A stretch of 36,849 nt of DNA from a virus, in UHGV virus genome UHGV-0209063; one strand, 5' to 3'. Position 1 is the stretch's first letter; the number at the start of each line of letters is the position of its first letter. The position numbers and the translations under genes are program-made. The notes below the pieces were generated by a model that did not search any database, was not told the DNA's origin, and saw only the letters and a list, made by a program, of their open reading frames with translations. This document shows, piece after piece, positions 8,381-18,305 of the stretch.

Positions 8381-8953
8381 ATGTTTATCAAAGAACAGGT
8401 ATTCAAAAAAATTGCGAAGCAGGCATGGAGAAAGAGTAGCCTTGTGGTCGCCCATGCACAGGGGGTGTACCACATAGAGATGGGTCCGGTAATGATGCAG
8501 GTAAAAGCAGGGCTTATGAGCAACAAGACCAAGGCGGCACTCGTGGAGCTTATCGGGGAGCTCCCTGCAGAGGGGGAGGGGTATAAGTATGGTGAAGATG
8601 CTGACCCACAGATCCTTGGGCTGTTTGAGAACCTTGGCTGTGCGGCAGGGGATGAGTGCTGTGAGACGTGTGTGATGATCCGGAACGGACATCTGTTGTA
8701 TAACGTGTACCAGACAGATGATGCCAAGGTGAAGGTACTGAATTCTCTGGTAAGCCTGGTCGATGAATCACAGGTTGATGCGGAGGCAGGGGAATGTAAG
8801 CCCGGGAACCCTGTGTTGTCTGCTGGGAACATCACGTGGGAGAACAATGTCATGGCTCTGAGGGTTCCGGTGTCAGAGATGAAGTACCCGGCTGATAAGA
8901 TTATACTGTCAATACGTGAAGACCTGACGTTTGACGGAATACCATTGGATTAG
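8381..8953 (+). CDS. Hypothetical phage protein
   Basis: RBS AAAGGGG before MFIKEQVFKK. Confidence 0.65.
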   Translation: MFIKEQVFKKIAKQAWRKSSLVVAHAQGVYHIEMGPVMMQVKAGLMSNKTKAALVELIGELPAEGEGYKYGEDADPQILGLFENLGCAAGDECCETCVMIRNGHLLYNVYQTDDAKVKVLNSLVSLVDESQVDAEAGECKPGNPVLSAGNITWENNVMALRVPVSEMKYPADKIILSIREDLTFDGIPLD

Positions 8954-9036
8954 CAGATGCTAATATGCACTAAATATATACCACATGTAACCGTAAACAC
9001 TGCACCCGGGGCTTAGTCCCCGGAAAGGGGGGAGAT

Positions 9037-9252
9037 ATGAAAAAGAGGGATAACAGCGCGAATATCAAGTGCCCCTATTACATCACTAATGGTGACAGAT
9101 ATGCCACATGTGAGGGTATATACACTGATATCATCAAACAGAGGTTTGCTGATGAACATGCCATTAACTCCCACCAGAGGAGGATGTGTTTCAAATACCC
9201 GAACAAATGTGCAATAGCTCGGATGCTGGATGAGAAGTATAAGGAAGTCTGA
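9037..9252 (+). CDS. Small Cys-containing protein (candidate late-transcription activator by position)
   Basis: IKCPYY...TCEG...C..CAIARML; last early gene before terS. Confidence 0.55.
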   Translation: MKKRDNSANIKCPYYITNGDRYATCEGIYTDIIKQRFADEHAINSHQRRMCFKYPNKCAIARMLDEKYKEV

Positions 9253-9266
9253 TGCTTCCTTTTTTA
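9241..9266 (+). terminator. Terminator at the end of the early region
   Basis: AAGGAAG-tctgatg-CTTCCTT followed by T-run. Confidence 0.65.
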
Positions 9267-9272
9267 ATTTTT

Positions 9273-9314
9273 CCGGAAAATCGATAGAAATTCAGTGCCA
9301 AACCTATGTATTCT
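9273..9314 (+). promoter_or_regulatory. Phage-specific promoter motif, copy 2 (upstream of terS)
   Basis: CCGGAAAATCGATAGAAAT, with TG-TATTCT 36 nt after the CC. Confidence 0.5.
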
Positions 9315-9373
9315 ATAAGAGAGTTACAAAGTTTACATTCTGCGTACGTGCATATACGCGTGGGAGGTGTGGC

Positions 9374-9901
9374 ATGGCAAAGTATGAGGAATGGCTGACA
9401 GAAGAAGGGTTGATTAAGCTTCAGGGATATGCAAGGGACGGCATGGTTGACAGAGAGCTTGCGCAGGCTATGGGAATATCACGTACTACGCTGAATAAGT
9501 GGCGGGATAAGTTCCCCCAGATGGCAGCGGTTCTTAAATGTGGCAAGGAAGTTGCTGACCGCAAGGTGGAGAACGCTCTGTTCGAAAAGTGTACCGGCAA
9601 GACTGTAGTTCTGAAAAAGCCTGTTAAGGTCAGGCATACGGAATATGACAAGGTTACAGGCAAGAAGATATCAGAACATGAGGAGATAGAGTATGCAGAA
9701 CAGGAAGAGTATATACCTGCAGATACCAAAGCCATAACCTTCTGGCTTATCAACAGAAAGCCTGATGCATGGAAGAATAAAGTTGAGATAGAGCATAATG
9801 AGGATGATAATACAGGAGTGGTACAGATAGAACAGTCAGGAAGTGAGGAAGTGTTGGATGGCGAATACAAGGAAATCGAATCAGACGACGAAGAAAGCTA
9901 A
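9374..9901 (+). CDS. terS: Terminase small subunit (N-terminal HTH)
   Basis: KYEEWLTEEGL..LQGYARDG...LA..MGISRTTL..W; VENALF; PADTKAITFWL.NRKPD.W; lies upstream of terL. Confidence 0.8.
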   Translation: MAKYEEWLTEEGLIKLQGYARDGMVDRELAQAMGISRTTLNKWRDKFPQMAAVLKCGKEVADRKVENALFEKCTGKTVVLKKPVKVRHTEYDKVTGKKISEHEEIEYAEQEEYIPADTKAITFWLINRKPDAWKNKVEIEHNEDDNTGVVQIEQSGSEEVLDGEYKEIESDDEES

Positions 9902-11327
9902 TATCATATGGTCACCACAGCCGCGTCAGGCTGAGTTTATGAGAAGACCTGAATATGAGGTACTGTATGGCGGAGCTGCAGGCGGAGGTAAGTCAGATGC
10001 GTTATTGTGCGAAGCCCTTAGACAGGTGCATATACCAAATTACAGAGGAATTATATTCAGACGTACATATCCTGAACTGGAAGGACTTATATCAAGAAGT
10101 GAGGAGATATATAAGCTGGCATTCCCTAAGGCAAGATACAATGTTTCAGAAAAGAGATGGACTTTTCCGTCAGGAGCGAAGATATTCTTCGGATATATGC
10201 AGCATGAAAAGGACTGGAAGAATTATCAGGGTAAAGCATATGATTTTATAGGTTTTGACGAGCTTACGCATTTTACAAGCTCGCAGTATATGAGACTTAT
10301 GGGACGTAACAGACCTACAGGACCGGGGACACGTGTGTATATGCGAGCAACTGCTAATCCCGGAGGTATAGGTCATGCATGGGTAAAGGACAGGTTTATT
10401 GATGTAGCACCGCCAAGAACACGAATAATAGCAAAGCATAAGGTAAAGAATCCGGATGGCAGCAGTACAGTGATTAAGCGTACAAGGATATTCATACCGG
10501 CCACAGTGTTCGATAATCGGAAGTTGCTTGATAATGACCCTGACTATCTGGGTTCGCTGGCATCGCTTCCGGAAGCTGACAGGAATGCAATGCTGTATGG
10601 TGACTGGGACACGTTCGATGGAAAGGTGTTCAGGGAATTCAGGGATGTGCCGGCGCATTATGATGACCAGAGGTGGACGCATGTCATCAATCCGTTCCCT
10701 GTACCGGCGCACTGGAAGGTATTGAGGGGCTTTGACTTCGGTTATGCGAAACCCTTCTCTGTAGGGTGGTATGCGGTTGATGAGAGGGGCAAGATGTACC
10801 GCATACGTGAATATTACGGCTGTAATGGTACGCCAAATGTCGGGCTGCAGATGAGCCCTGTGGCGATAGCGCAGGAAATAAGCAGGATAGAGCATGAAGA
10901 CCCGATGCTTAAGGGGAAAAAGATATATGGGATAGCCGACCCGTCGATATTTGATGAATCAAGGGGGGAAAGTGTGGCGGCAATGATGGCAAAGCCGCCG
11001 GCATTTATATACTGGAACCCGGGGGATAACACAAGGATCGCAGGGAAGATGCAGTACCACTACAGGTTTGCGTTTGATGAAGATGGTGACTGTATGTTCC
11101 AGGTGTTCAATACCTGCAGGAATTTTATACGGACGATCCCTTCACTTGTGTATTCAGAGTCCAATGTTGAGGACATAGACACTGACCTTGAAGACCATAT
11201 ATATGACGAGTGCCGCTATGTGATGATGGAGAACCCGATCACGCCAAAGGCGGCCAGCCCGGCAGCAGTGTTACGTGATGACCCGCTGGAGCTTAGTGAC
11301 AAGGCTGCCAAGGTGTACAGGATATAG
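9858..11327 (+). CDS. terL: Terminase large subunit
   Basis: PQPRQ adenine motif, YGGAAGGGKS Walker A, FIGFDELTHF Walker B, ATANPGG, GFDFG and EDHIYDECRY nuclease motifs. Confidence 0.95.
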   Translation: MANTRKSNQTTKKANIIWSPQPRQAEFMRRPEYEVLYGGAAGGGKSDALLCEALRQVHIPNYRGIIFRRTYPELEGLISRSEEIYKLAFPKARYNVSEKRWTFPSGAKIFFGYMQHEKDWKNYQGKAYDFIGFDELTHFTSSQYMRLMGRNRPTGPGTRVYMRATANPGGIGHAWVKDRFIDVAPPRTRIIAKHKVKNPDGSSTVIKRTRIFIPATVFDNRKLLDNDPDYLGSLASLPEADRNAMLYGDWDTFDGKVFREFRDVPAHYDDQRWTHVINPFPVPAHWKVLRGFDFGYAKPFSVGWYAVDERGKMYRIREYYGCNGTPNVGLQMSPVAIAQEISRIEHEDPMLKGKKIYGIADPSIFDESRGESVAAMMAKPPAFIYWNPGDNTRIAGKMQYHYRFAFDEDGDCMFQVFNTCRNFIRTIPSLVYSESNVEDIDTDLEDHIYDECRYVMMENPITPKAASPAAVLRDDPLELSDKAAKVYRI

Positions 11328-11332
11328 GAGGA

Positions 11333-13192
11333 ATGGAGATGGAAGGAAAGGAAATGGAAGGAAAGGAAATGGCAACTAATGCAGGGGTGATAGACAAGCC
11401 GCAGCTGGAGAAGGCAACGGAGACCCTCCAGAAGTACAAGCGCGGCAAGCTGAACCTTGAGAAAAAAGTTATTGAAAATGAACAGTGGTGGAAGTTAAGG
11501 CACTGGGAGTATATGCGCAGTGGCGGCAGTAATGAGGTCAGGCCTGTGTCAGCGTGGCTTTTCAACTCGGTTGCCAACAAGCATGCGGATGCCATGGACA
11601 ATTACCCTGAGCCGAACGTACTGGCACGTGCGCTTGATGATGAGGACACCGCGAAGCAGCTGGCGACTGTACTCCCTGTCGTGCTCGAACAGAACAATTA
11701 CGAAGATGTATACAGCGATACATGGTGGTACAAGCTTAAACAGGGCACAGGTATCAAGGGCATATTCTGGAACCCATCAAAAAATAATGGGCTTGGTGAT
11801 ATAGACATACGCCAGTGTGACATCCTCAACCTGTTCTGGGAACCGGGTGTCAAGGACATACAAGATTCGCTGAACCTGTTCCACGTATCCCTGATGGATA
11901 ATAGTGTGTTAATGGAGAAGTACCCGGGTATAGTGGTGACAGGGAACCCGACCATGGATGTGTCAAAGTATATATACGATGATGACGTTGACACGACCGG
12001 GAAGAGTGTGGTTGTCGACTGGTATTACAAGAAAAATGTAAACAATAAGCCGGTACTCCATTATGTGAAGTATGTCAATGATACGGTGCTTTATGCGTCA
12101 GAAAACACGGAAGAATACAAGGACAGGGGATATTATGACCACGGCATGTATCCGTTCGTGTTCGATAAACTGTTCGTTGAGGAGGGTACACCGTGCGGGT
12201 TCGGGTACATTGACGTGATGAAGGACCCACAGATGTACATAGACAGGCTCAACCAGATAATCCTTGAAAATGCCATGTCAGTAGGGCGTACAAGATGGCT
12301 TGTAAGTGATGCCGCAGGGATTAATGATGATGACCTTAAGGACCCGGAGAAGAGAGTTATCCGGGTGCCGAACCTCCGCGAGGAAACTATAAGGGAGATA
12401 ATGGCACAGCAGCTGGATTCATCAGTTATCAGCACTATGACCAATAAGATTGAGGAGCTTAAGGAGACATCGGGTAACAGGGACTTTTCACAGGGTTCCA
12501 CATCAAACGGTGTAACGGCCGCAAGTGCGATCTCTGCACTTATGGAAGCAGGAAGCAAGCTGTCAAGGGATATGATCAGTTCGTCATACCGTGCATTTGA
12601 GAAGGAGTGCTATCTGTGCATAGAGCTTATAAGGCAGTTCTACACGCTTCCAAGGCAGTTCCGGATAACCGGGGAGGGAACAGATTACGAGTATGTGACA
12701 TTCGACAATGCAGGGATGCAGGTGCAGCCCCAGGGGATGGCGTTTGATACGGACCTCGGGGACAGGCTCCCGGTATTCGACATTAAGGTGAGCGCATCCA
12801 AAAAGGCAACATACTCGCGTATGGCACAGAATGAGCTTGCCATACAGTTGTTTGGTCTTGGGATATTCAACCCACAGAATTCCGACCAGGCACTTGCACT
12901 GCTTGAGATCATGGATTTTGACGGTAAGGAGAAGATCATCCAAAAGGTCAAGGATAATGGGACGATGTATGACCAGATGGTGCAGATGCAGCAGCAGATG
13001 TCACAGATGGCAGCAGTCATTGATAACCTTACGGCGGCAGCAGGTATCCCGACCAATGTGTCGGGGCAGGTACCGCAGGACATGGGTATGGCAAACCCAC
13101 AGGTAACGGCAGGGAATACGGATACTGCAATGAGCCAGGCAGAGAGAAGCGCAGACAGGGCGAGGAATGCCGCATCGGTAGGTGGGGAATGA
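11333..13192 (+). CDS. Portal protein (P22/podovirus-like)
   Basis: 619 aa directly after terL; YPFVF...GFG..D; Q-rich C-terminal barrel. Confidence 0.85.
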   Translation: MEMEGKEMEGKEMATNAGVIDKPQLEKATETLQKYKRGKLNLEKKVIENEQWWKLRHWEYMRSGGSNEVRPVSAWLFNSVANKHADAMDNYPEPNVLARALDDEDTAKQLATVLPVVLEQNNYEDVYSDTWWYKLKQGTGIKGIFWNPSKNNGLGDIDIRQCDILNLFWEPGVKDIQDSLNLFHVSLMDNSVLMEKYPGIVVTGNPTMDVSKYIYDDDVDTTGKSVVVDWYYKKNVNNKPVLHYVKYVNDTVLYASENTEEYKDRGYYDHGMYPFVFDKLFVEEGTPCGFGYIDVMKDPQMYIDRLNQIILENAMSVGRTRWLVSDAAGINDDDLKDPEKRVIRVPNLREETIREIMAQQLDSSVISTMTNKIEELKETSGNRDFSQGSTSNGVTAASAISALMEAGSKLSRDMISSSYRAFEKECYLCIELIRQFYTLPRQFRITGEGTDYEYVTFDNAGMQVQPQGMAFDTDLGDRLPVFDIKVSASKKATYSRMAQNELAIQLFGLGIFNPQNSDQALALLEIMDFDGKEKIIQKVKDNGTMYDQMVQMQQQMSQMAAVIDNLTAAAGIPTNVSGQVPQDMGMANPQVTAGNTDTAMSQAERSADRARNAASVGGE

Positions 13193-13650
13193 CCAATATA
13201 GACATCAGTGTAACAGATGAATTGATTAAAATTGATATGGCCGGACATTCAGATTATGCAGAGCCTGGAAGCGATATAGTGTGTTCTGCCATATCAACAC
13301 TTGAGTATATAGTCTTCGCCTATATTGAGAATAATCCGTCACAGGCTTATATGAAAAGATATGAAAGTGGTCCGGGATATTCATATATGCGTATAATACC
13401 CAAGCAGAACGGCATATATGAGGTTCTCAAAGCAGTAATAAGCGGATATGAGGCTATAGCTGATTCTTACCCGGAAAATATAAAATTAAAAAAAATCCGG
13501 AAAAGTGGGGGAAATATTTTAAACAACGATATACAATCGAAAATGAGGGACGCCTCTGACACTTCGGAAAGGAACGATGAAAATGAGAAAAATGAACTTA
13601 CAGATGTTTGCGGAAGCAGGAGCACCGGCAGTTACGGAGGGTGCAGCTGA
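13189..13650 (+). CDS. prp: Phage-encoded ribosomal-processing cysteine protease (Prp family)
   Basis: GHSDYAEPGSDIVCSAIS catalytic His/Cys signature; ...YPENIKL. Confidence 0.9.
   Translation: MTNIDISVTDELIKIDMAGHSDYAEPGSDIVCSAISTLEYIVFAYIENNPSQAYMKRYESGPGYSYMRIIPKQNGIYEVLKAVISGYEAIADSYPENIKLKKIRKSGGNILNNDIQSKMRDASDTSERNDENEKNELTDVCGSRSTGSYGGCS
13497..13537 (+). promoter_or_regulatory. Phage-specific promoter motif, copy 3 (upstream of scaffold/capsid)
   Basis: CCGGAAAAGTGGGGGAAAT, with TACAAT 35 nt after the CC. Confidence 0.6.
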
Positions 13651-14449
13651 TGCAGGCACTACGGGCGAAGCAGGCCAGGACGCCGCTGGCACAGGTCGTG
13701 GTCAGGAAACTGATGGGCAGGTCGACAATGCCGTGGAAGGACGTAAAACGTTCGATGAATTGATCAAAGGTGATTATAAAAAGGACTTTGATGACAGGGT
13801 ACACAGGATCTTAAGCAGGAAGAGTGAGGAGATAAGGAACCAGCGTGAGCGTCTTGACAGCATGGGTCCTGTAATGGAGCTCGTGGCTAACAGATACAAC
13901 ATCGATGTAACTGATGTCGCTGCAATGCAGAAAGCCCTTCTTGCGGACAACAGCCATCTTGAGACAGAGGCTGTTGAGCGTGGTATGACTGTGGAACAGC
14001 TGCAGAACCTTAAACGTATCGAACATGAGAACAAGATCCTCAGGGATACAGTTGAGCGTAACAGGCAGCAGACGGAGTCAGACAGGATATATAACGAGTG
14101 GATGGACCAGGCGGAAGGCCTGAAAGAGGTATATCCGGATTTTGATTTTATCGTGGAAGCGCAGAATGACAGTTTTGCGAAGCTTTTGCGCAATGGGGTT
14201 GATGTACGTACGGCATATGAGGTGATCCACAAGGATGACATCATACAGGGTGCCATGGCAGCCACGGCGCAGAAGGTCAAGGAGAGCGTGACCAATGATA
14301 TAAGGGCTAATGGTAACCGTGCGCCGGAGAATGGGACACAGGGACAGGCTCCGGCAGGTTTTTCAGTTAATGACATACGTAAGATGACCAAAGCCCAGAG
14401 ACAGGAGTTAGCGAAGAGGTCTGCAAGGGGGGAGAGGATAACGTTCTGA
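13577..14449 (+). CDS. Capsid scaffolding protein with N-terminal Prp cleavage motif
   Basis: MNLQMF|AE; acidic low-complexity N-terminus; coiled coils; lies before the capsid gene. Confidence 0.8.
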   Translation: MKMRKMNLQMFAEAGAPAVTEGAADAGTTGEAGQDAAGTGRGQETDGQVDNAVEGRKTFDELIKGDYKKDFDDRVHRILSRKSEEIRNQRERLDSMGPVMELVANRYNIDVTDVAAMQKALLADNSHLETEAVERGMTVEQLQNLKRIEHENKILRDTVERNRQQTESDRIYNEWMDQAEGLKEVYPDFDFIVEAQNDSFAKLLRNGVDVRTAYEVIHKDDIIQGAMAATAQKVKESVTNDIRANGNRAPENGTQGQAPAGFSVNDIRKMTKAQRQELAKRSARGERITF

Positions 14450-14473
14450 CCCCTTGCACGGAGAGGAGAAGAT

Positions 14474-15493
14474 ATGAACAGAGCAAAAAATATGGCAAAG
14501 AGTTATAACATACAGAAATTTGCGGATGCACAGACGCAGACTACATTACTGCCGGGGCTTTCCGCCGAGATGAAGACATACTATGAGTTGTCGCTGCTTG
14601 ACAATGCGGAACCGAACCTGGTACATAACCAGTTCGGTGATGAGTACGACATCCCCAAGCGTGGGGGTAAGACGATTGAGTTCAGGAAGTACGACCCACT
14701 CCCTAAGGCACTTACGCCGATAACGGAAGGTGTCACACCTAAGGGGAACAAGCTGAATGTAACAACTGTGACGGCAACAGTGGCACAGTATGGAGATTAC
14801 ATACAGCTGTCTGACATGCTGGACCTTACGGCAATTGACAATAACCTTGTGGAATCAACGACACTTCTTGGTTCACAGGCAGGAAGGACGCTTGACACGG
14901 TCACAAGGGAAGTGCTTAACGGTGGTACCAATGTACTGTATGCCCCTATCGATAATGGGGATGGGACATTTACCACGGTAACGTCAAGGGGTGAGCTTAA
15001 TGCAAAAGCGAAGCTTTCAACCAAGCTGTTCTTCAAGGCAGCGGCACTCCTTAAGGGCAATAATGCCGGTTATATCAATGATTCGTATGTGGCGATAATC
15101 CATCCGTATGCGGCATATGACCTCATGACAAGCGATGGCTGGATGGATGTACACAAGTATGCAACCCCGGAGAACATCTACGAGGGTGAGATCGGTAAGA
15201 TCGGCAAGGTAAGGTTTGTTGAATCATCAGAAGCGAAAATTGCCGATGGCGGTGCCGGTGGTGCCAAGGTCTTCTGTACGATAGTGCTTGCGGCGCATGC
15301 GTATGGCAAGACCAAGATTAAAGAGGGCGGGTTGAAGCATATCGTCAAGCAGCTCGGCTATGGCGACGACCCGCTCGACCAGAGGAGCTCTTCGGGCTGG
15401 AAGGCGACGCACGTTGCAAAAAGGCTGTGTGAGGCTTTCATGATAAGGATTGAGAGTGGCTCGGAATTCTCGGCAGATGCAGACGTTAATTAG
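14474..15493 (+). CDS. Major capsid protein (N4-gp56 family)
   Basis: IPKRGGKTIEFRKY, EGVTP.G, QYGDY, GEIGKIGKVRFVES, DPLDQRSSSGWKA. Confidence 0.92.
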   Translation: MNRAKNMAKSYNIQKFADAQTQTTLLPGLSAEMKTYYELSLLDNAEPNLVHNQFGDEYDIPKRGGKTIEFRKYDPLPKALTPITEGVTPKGNKLNVTTVTATVAQYGDYIQLSDMLDLTAIDNNLVESTTLLGSQAGRTLDTVTREVLNGGTNVLYAPIDNGDGTFTTVTSRGELNAKAKLSTKLFFKAAALLKGNNAGYINDSYVAIIHPYAAYDLMTSDGWMDVHKYATPENIYEGEIGKIGKVRFVESSEAKIADGGAGGAKVFCTIVLAAHAYGKTKIKEGGLKHIVKQLGYGDDPLDQRSSSGWKATHVAKRLCEAFMIRIESGSEFSADADVN

Positions 15494-15543
15494 GGTTAAA
15501 AGGCGGTGTGGTGTTACCATGCCGCCGGTGAAGGAGGAAATAT

Positions 15544-15864
15544 ATGGGAGCAAGAAGTAAGGCGAGTGAGGCAGCAGGGCTTGATGAAGGGATACTTGAT
15601 GAGGCAGCAGGGTCTGATGAAGCGGTAAAGCCTGACAATGCCGGTGACACTGTAAGGATAAGGCTCTTCAAGGACAATGGTGAGTACAGGGATGACCTTA
15701 CGGTAGGGCTTAACGGAAAAATGTATAAGATTAAGCGTGGGGTTGAGGTTGAGATACCGAGGCCGGTGTATGAGATCATACAGCGCTCAATAGAATCTGA
15801 CCAGAAGACAGCTGACATGATCAGCCAGCTTGAAGCTGATTACGAGGCGGCAATGAAAAGGTAA
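15544..15864 (+). CDS. Head-associated hypothetical protein
   Basis: RBS AAGGAGG; VGLNGKMYKIKRGVEVEIP motif typical downstream of this capsid type. Confidence 0.7.
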   Translation: MGARSKASEAAGLDEGILDEAAGSDEAVKPDNAGDTVRIRLFKDNGEYRDDLTVGLNGKMYKIKRGVEVEIPRPVYEIIQRSIESDQKTADMISQLEADYEAAMKR

Positions 15865-15886
15865 GAAGTACATCAGTAACGTTATG

Positions 15887-15917
15887 GGTGGTGGCGGCAG
15901 TCACCACTTTTCTTTTT
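15887..15917 (+). terminator. Rho-independent terminator
   Basis: GGGTGGTGGC-ggca-GTCACCACTT followed by T-run. Confidence 0.65.
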
Positions 15918-15927
15918 AAGGGGGTAT

Positions 15928-16293
15928 GTGATGAAGATACAGGAAGTGTTGGGCAACCTCGACAACATGAAACCTAACCAGTATGGCGAAGGCACGAAGC
16001 TGACATGGCTTAATGAGATTGAGCGGAAGGTGTACCAGACGATGTCCAGGCGTGAATGTGATGCCGTGGAGCATGTCATTACCCCGGAATCGGATTATGG
16101 GGAAGATATGCTGCTCCCTGATGCATACACCGGGATATATACACATTACCTCGGGGCCATGGTTGATTATTTTAATGGTGAGACGGCAAGGTATAACAAC
16201 TCGGTCATCATGTTTGACCAGGAGTATGGTGAGTTTGAGAATTACTGGTACCGGGAACACAGACAAAAGAGTGATGGCAGGTTCAGGGGGTAG
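15928..16293 (+). CDS. Head-tail adaptor protein
   Basis: KPNQY....KL.WLNE.E...Y..YL.AMVDY.NGE..RYNN; position. Confidence 0.65.
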   Translation: MMKIQEVLGNLDNMKPNQYGEGTKLTWLNEIERKVYQTMSRRECDAVEHVITPESDYGEDMLLPDAYTGIYTHYLGAMVDYFNGETARYNNSVIMFDQEYGEFENYWYREHRQKSDGRFRG

Positions 16294-16298
16294 ATATC

Positions 16299-18071
16299 AT
16301 GTTGACGACAATAAATGAGATATCACAGTCCAGGAGTATCATCAGTGCGTTTGGGGGATATAACCACACTGAAAATGTAGGTGAAAACCAGTTCTATGAT
16401 ATGAAGAACCTCACGACAGATAATTACCCGGCACTGTCTTCGAGGAAAACTCGGGAGTTTGTAAAAAGGATGTATAAGCCCAATGCCCTGTCATATGCAG
16501 ATAACTTATGTTATGTGGATGGGACGGAGCTTTTTTATAAGTCAGAAAAACTGTTCGATGTAGAGGACAGCGAGAAGAATATAGTAAAGATGGGTGCGTA
16601 CCTGGTCATATTCCCGGACAAGGTGTGTTATAACACGGAGACTGATGAATATTTCCCTCTGGAGGCACATTATACAGCACATGGCACAATCCATGTGGAG
16701 CCGTCAACATATGATGGTGGACTGCTCAGTTATTCAACGGACAAGCCGGGAGAGGAAGACGGAAATTACTGGCTGGACGGCACCGTGCTGAAGGTGTACA
16801 GCGCAGCATATGATTCATGGATGCCTGTGGCAACAAGCTACGTACGTATCAGTGAGACTGTTGACGGACAGTTTAATGCCGGGTTTGGTGATGGGTTTGC
16901 AGAGGGTGACACGGTAACCATGTCCGGGTTTGGGGATGGGGACCTTAACGGTGACTTTGAATTGTATAAATGTGAAAACGGATATATGGTTATCGGCTCC
17001 ACACCAAAGAATATTGCACAGGACCGGCTTGGACAGGGTGCAGTGTGCTTTGACAGGACAATGCCTGACATGGACTTTGTCATCGAACTGAATAACCGCC
17101 TGTGGGGCTGTGGTAAGCATGAGATATATGCATCAAAGCTCGGTGACCCCTCCAACTGGCGTTCGTATTCGGACAGGGCAGATGCTTCATATTCCGTGAC
17201 GGTAGGGTCATTTGGTGAGTTCACCGGTGCCGTGGCGTTTAATGGGAGTGCGCTGTTCTTCAAGGAAGGTGCAGTCATATCAATATACGGAACACAGCCG
17301 TCCGACTTTACAATGCATGAGACCAGTGCATCAGGGGTTGAGAAAGGTTCATCCAGGTCAATAGCGACCCTTAACGGAACACTCTACTACAAGTCCAAAG
17401 AGGGTGTCATGGCATATTCCGGGGGGATACCGGTAAGGATATCCGGGGCACTGGGGGGACGTTATACTGATGCAGTAGGCGGTGTAACGGCAGATAAGTA
17501 CTATGTATCAATGATGGATACGCATGGTGATTACAGCCTGTTTGCATATGATACTGTGAGGGACATATGGATGCGTGAGGACGGCAGCAGGGTAATGTAC
17601 TTCGCAGGCAATGCAGGGACACTGTACTACATTGACTGTGACGGCCTGCATATGATCAGTAACAGGAGTGGGAAGACGGCGTGTCCGTCGGTACTGGTGA
17701 ACGTAAAGGGAAGGTACGTGCAGCTGTGCCCGGGGATGTTCTGCCCGGGGCAGGTTTTTGAGAAGGAATATTCAGAGGATATTGAATGGTATGCGGAAAC
17801 CGGGGATATGTCCTGTGAGCTTCCGGATAAGAAGTATGTATCCTCAATATCGGTAAGGCTACGCACGGATAAGTACATGAAGATAATGATCATGTATGAT
17901 GGTGACGGACTGTGGGAGACCATTGCGGAGGTAAACAGGGGCATGAAGCGCACGGTATCGATACCGGTACGTATCAGGCGCTGTGACTTCTTCAGGTTAC
18001 GTATAAGCGGCGAAGGTGATTTCAGGGTATATTCAATAGCAAGGTCAATAGAGAGGGGGAGCAGCATATGA
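16299..18071 (+). CDS. Tail nozzle / DNA-stabilization protein (P22 gp10-like)
   Basis: AFGGYNH..., NNRLWGC, IYASKLGDP.NW; beta-propeller-like; position. Confidence 0.72.
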   Translation: MLTTINEISQSRSIISAFGGYNHTENVGENQFYDMKNLTTDNYPALSSRKTREFVKRMYKPNALSYADNLCYVDGTELFYKSEKLFDVEDSEKNIVKMGAYLVIFPDKVCYNTETDEYFPLEAHYTAHGTIHVEPSTYDGGLLSYSTDKPGEEDGNYWLDGTVLKVYSAAYDSWMPVATSYVRISETVDGQFNAGFGDGFAEGDTVTMSGFGDGDLNGDFELYKCENGYMVIGSTPKNIAQDRLGQGAVCFDRTMPDMDFVIELNNRLWGCGKHEIYASKLGDPSNWRSYSDRADASYSVTVGSFGEFTGAVAFNGSALFFKEGAVISIYGTQPSDFTMHETSASGVEKGSSRSIATLNGTLYYKSKEGVMAYSGGIPVRISGALGGRYTDAVGGVTADKYYVSMMDTHGDYSLFAYDTVRDIWMREDGSRVMYFAGNAGTLYYIDCDGLHMISNRSGKTACPSVLVNVKGRYVQLCPGMFCPGQVFEKEYSEDIEWYAETGDMSCELPDKKYVSSISVRLRTDKYMKIMIMYDGDGLWETIAEVNRGMKRTVSIPVRIRRCDFFRLRISGEGDFRVYSIARSIERGSSI

Positions 18072-18295
18072 TACCGAACCTTACAGGGATGGATGACAGA
18101 CAGAAGATAGAGGTGCTTGCAAAGGCAATTAATGAGCTGGAGAAAAAGAAGGTGCCGGAGCTCCCGAAAGGGACGTGCGTCCTAAGGTATGGGCACAGGG
18201 ACAATGCCGGCTTTGGTTACGGAACGTGGACAGAGATTGATGACAGGGTTGTAACTTCACAAAGCACGTTAAGCATATATGTGAGAACGGAATAG
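18068..18295 (+). CDS. Small virion protein
   Basis: ATGA overlap; coiled coil followed by GYGTW. Confidence 0.5.
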   Translation: MIPNLTGMDDRQKIEVLAKAINELEKKKVPELPKGTCVLRYGHRDNAGFGYGTWTEIDDRVVTSQSTLSIYVRTE

Positions 18296-18305
18296 GGGGG
18301 ATTAG

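Noticed and set aside
11333..11372. 15-bp duplication (MEGKE x2) at the portal start
   Set aside because: Short local duplication that only makes the start codon ambiguous.
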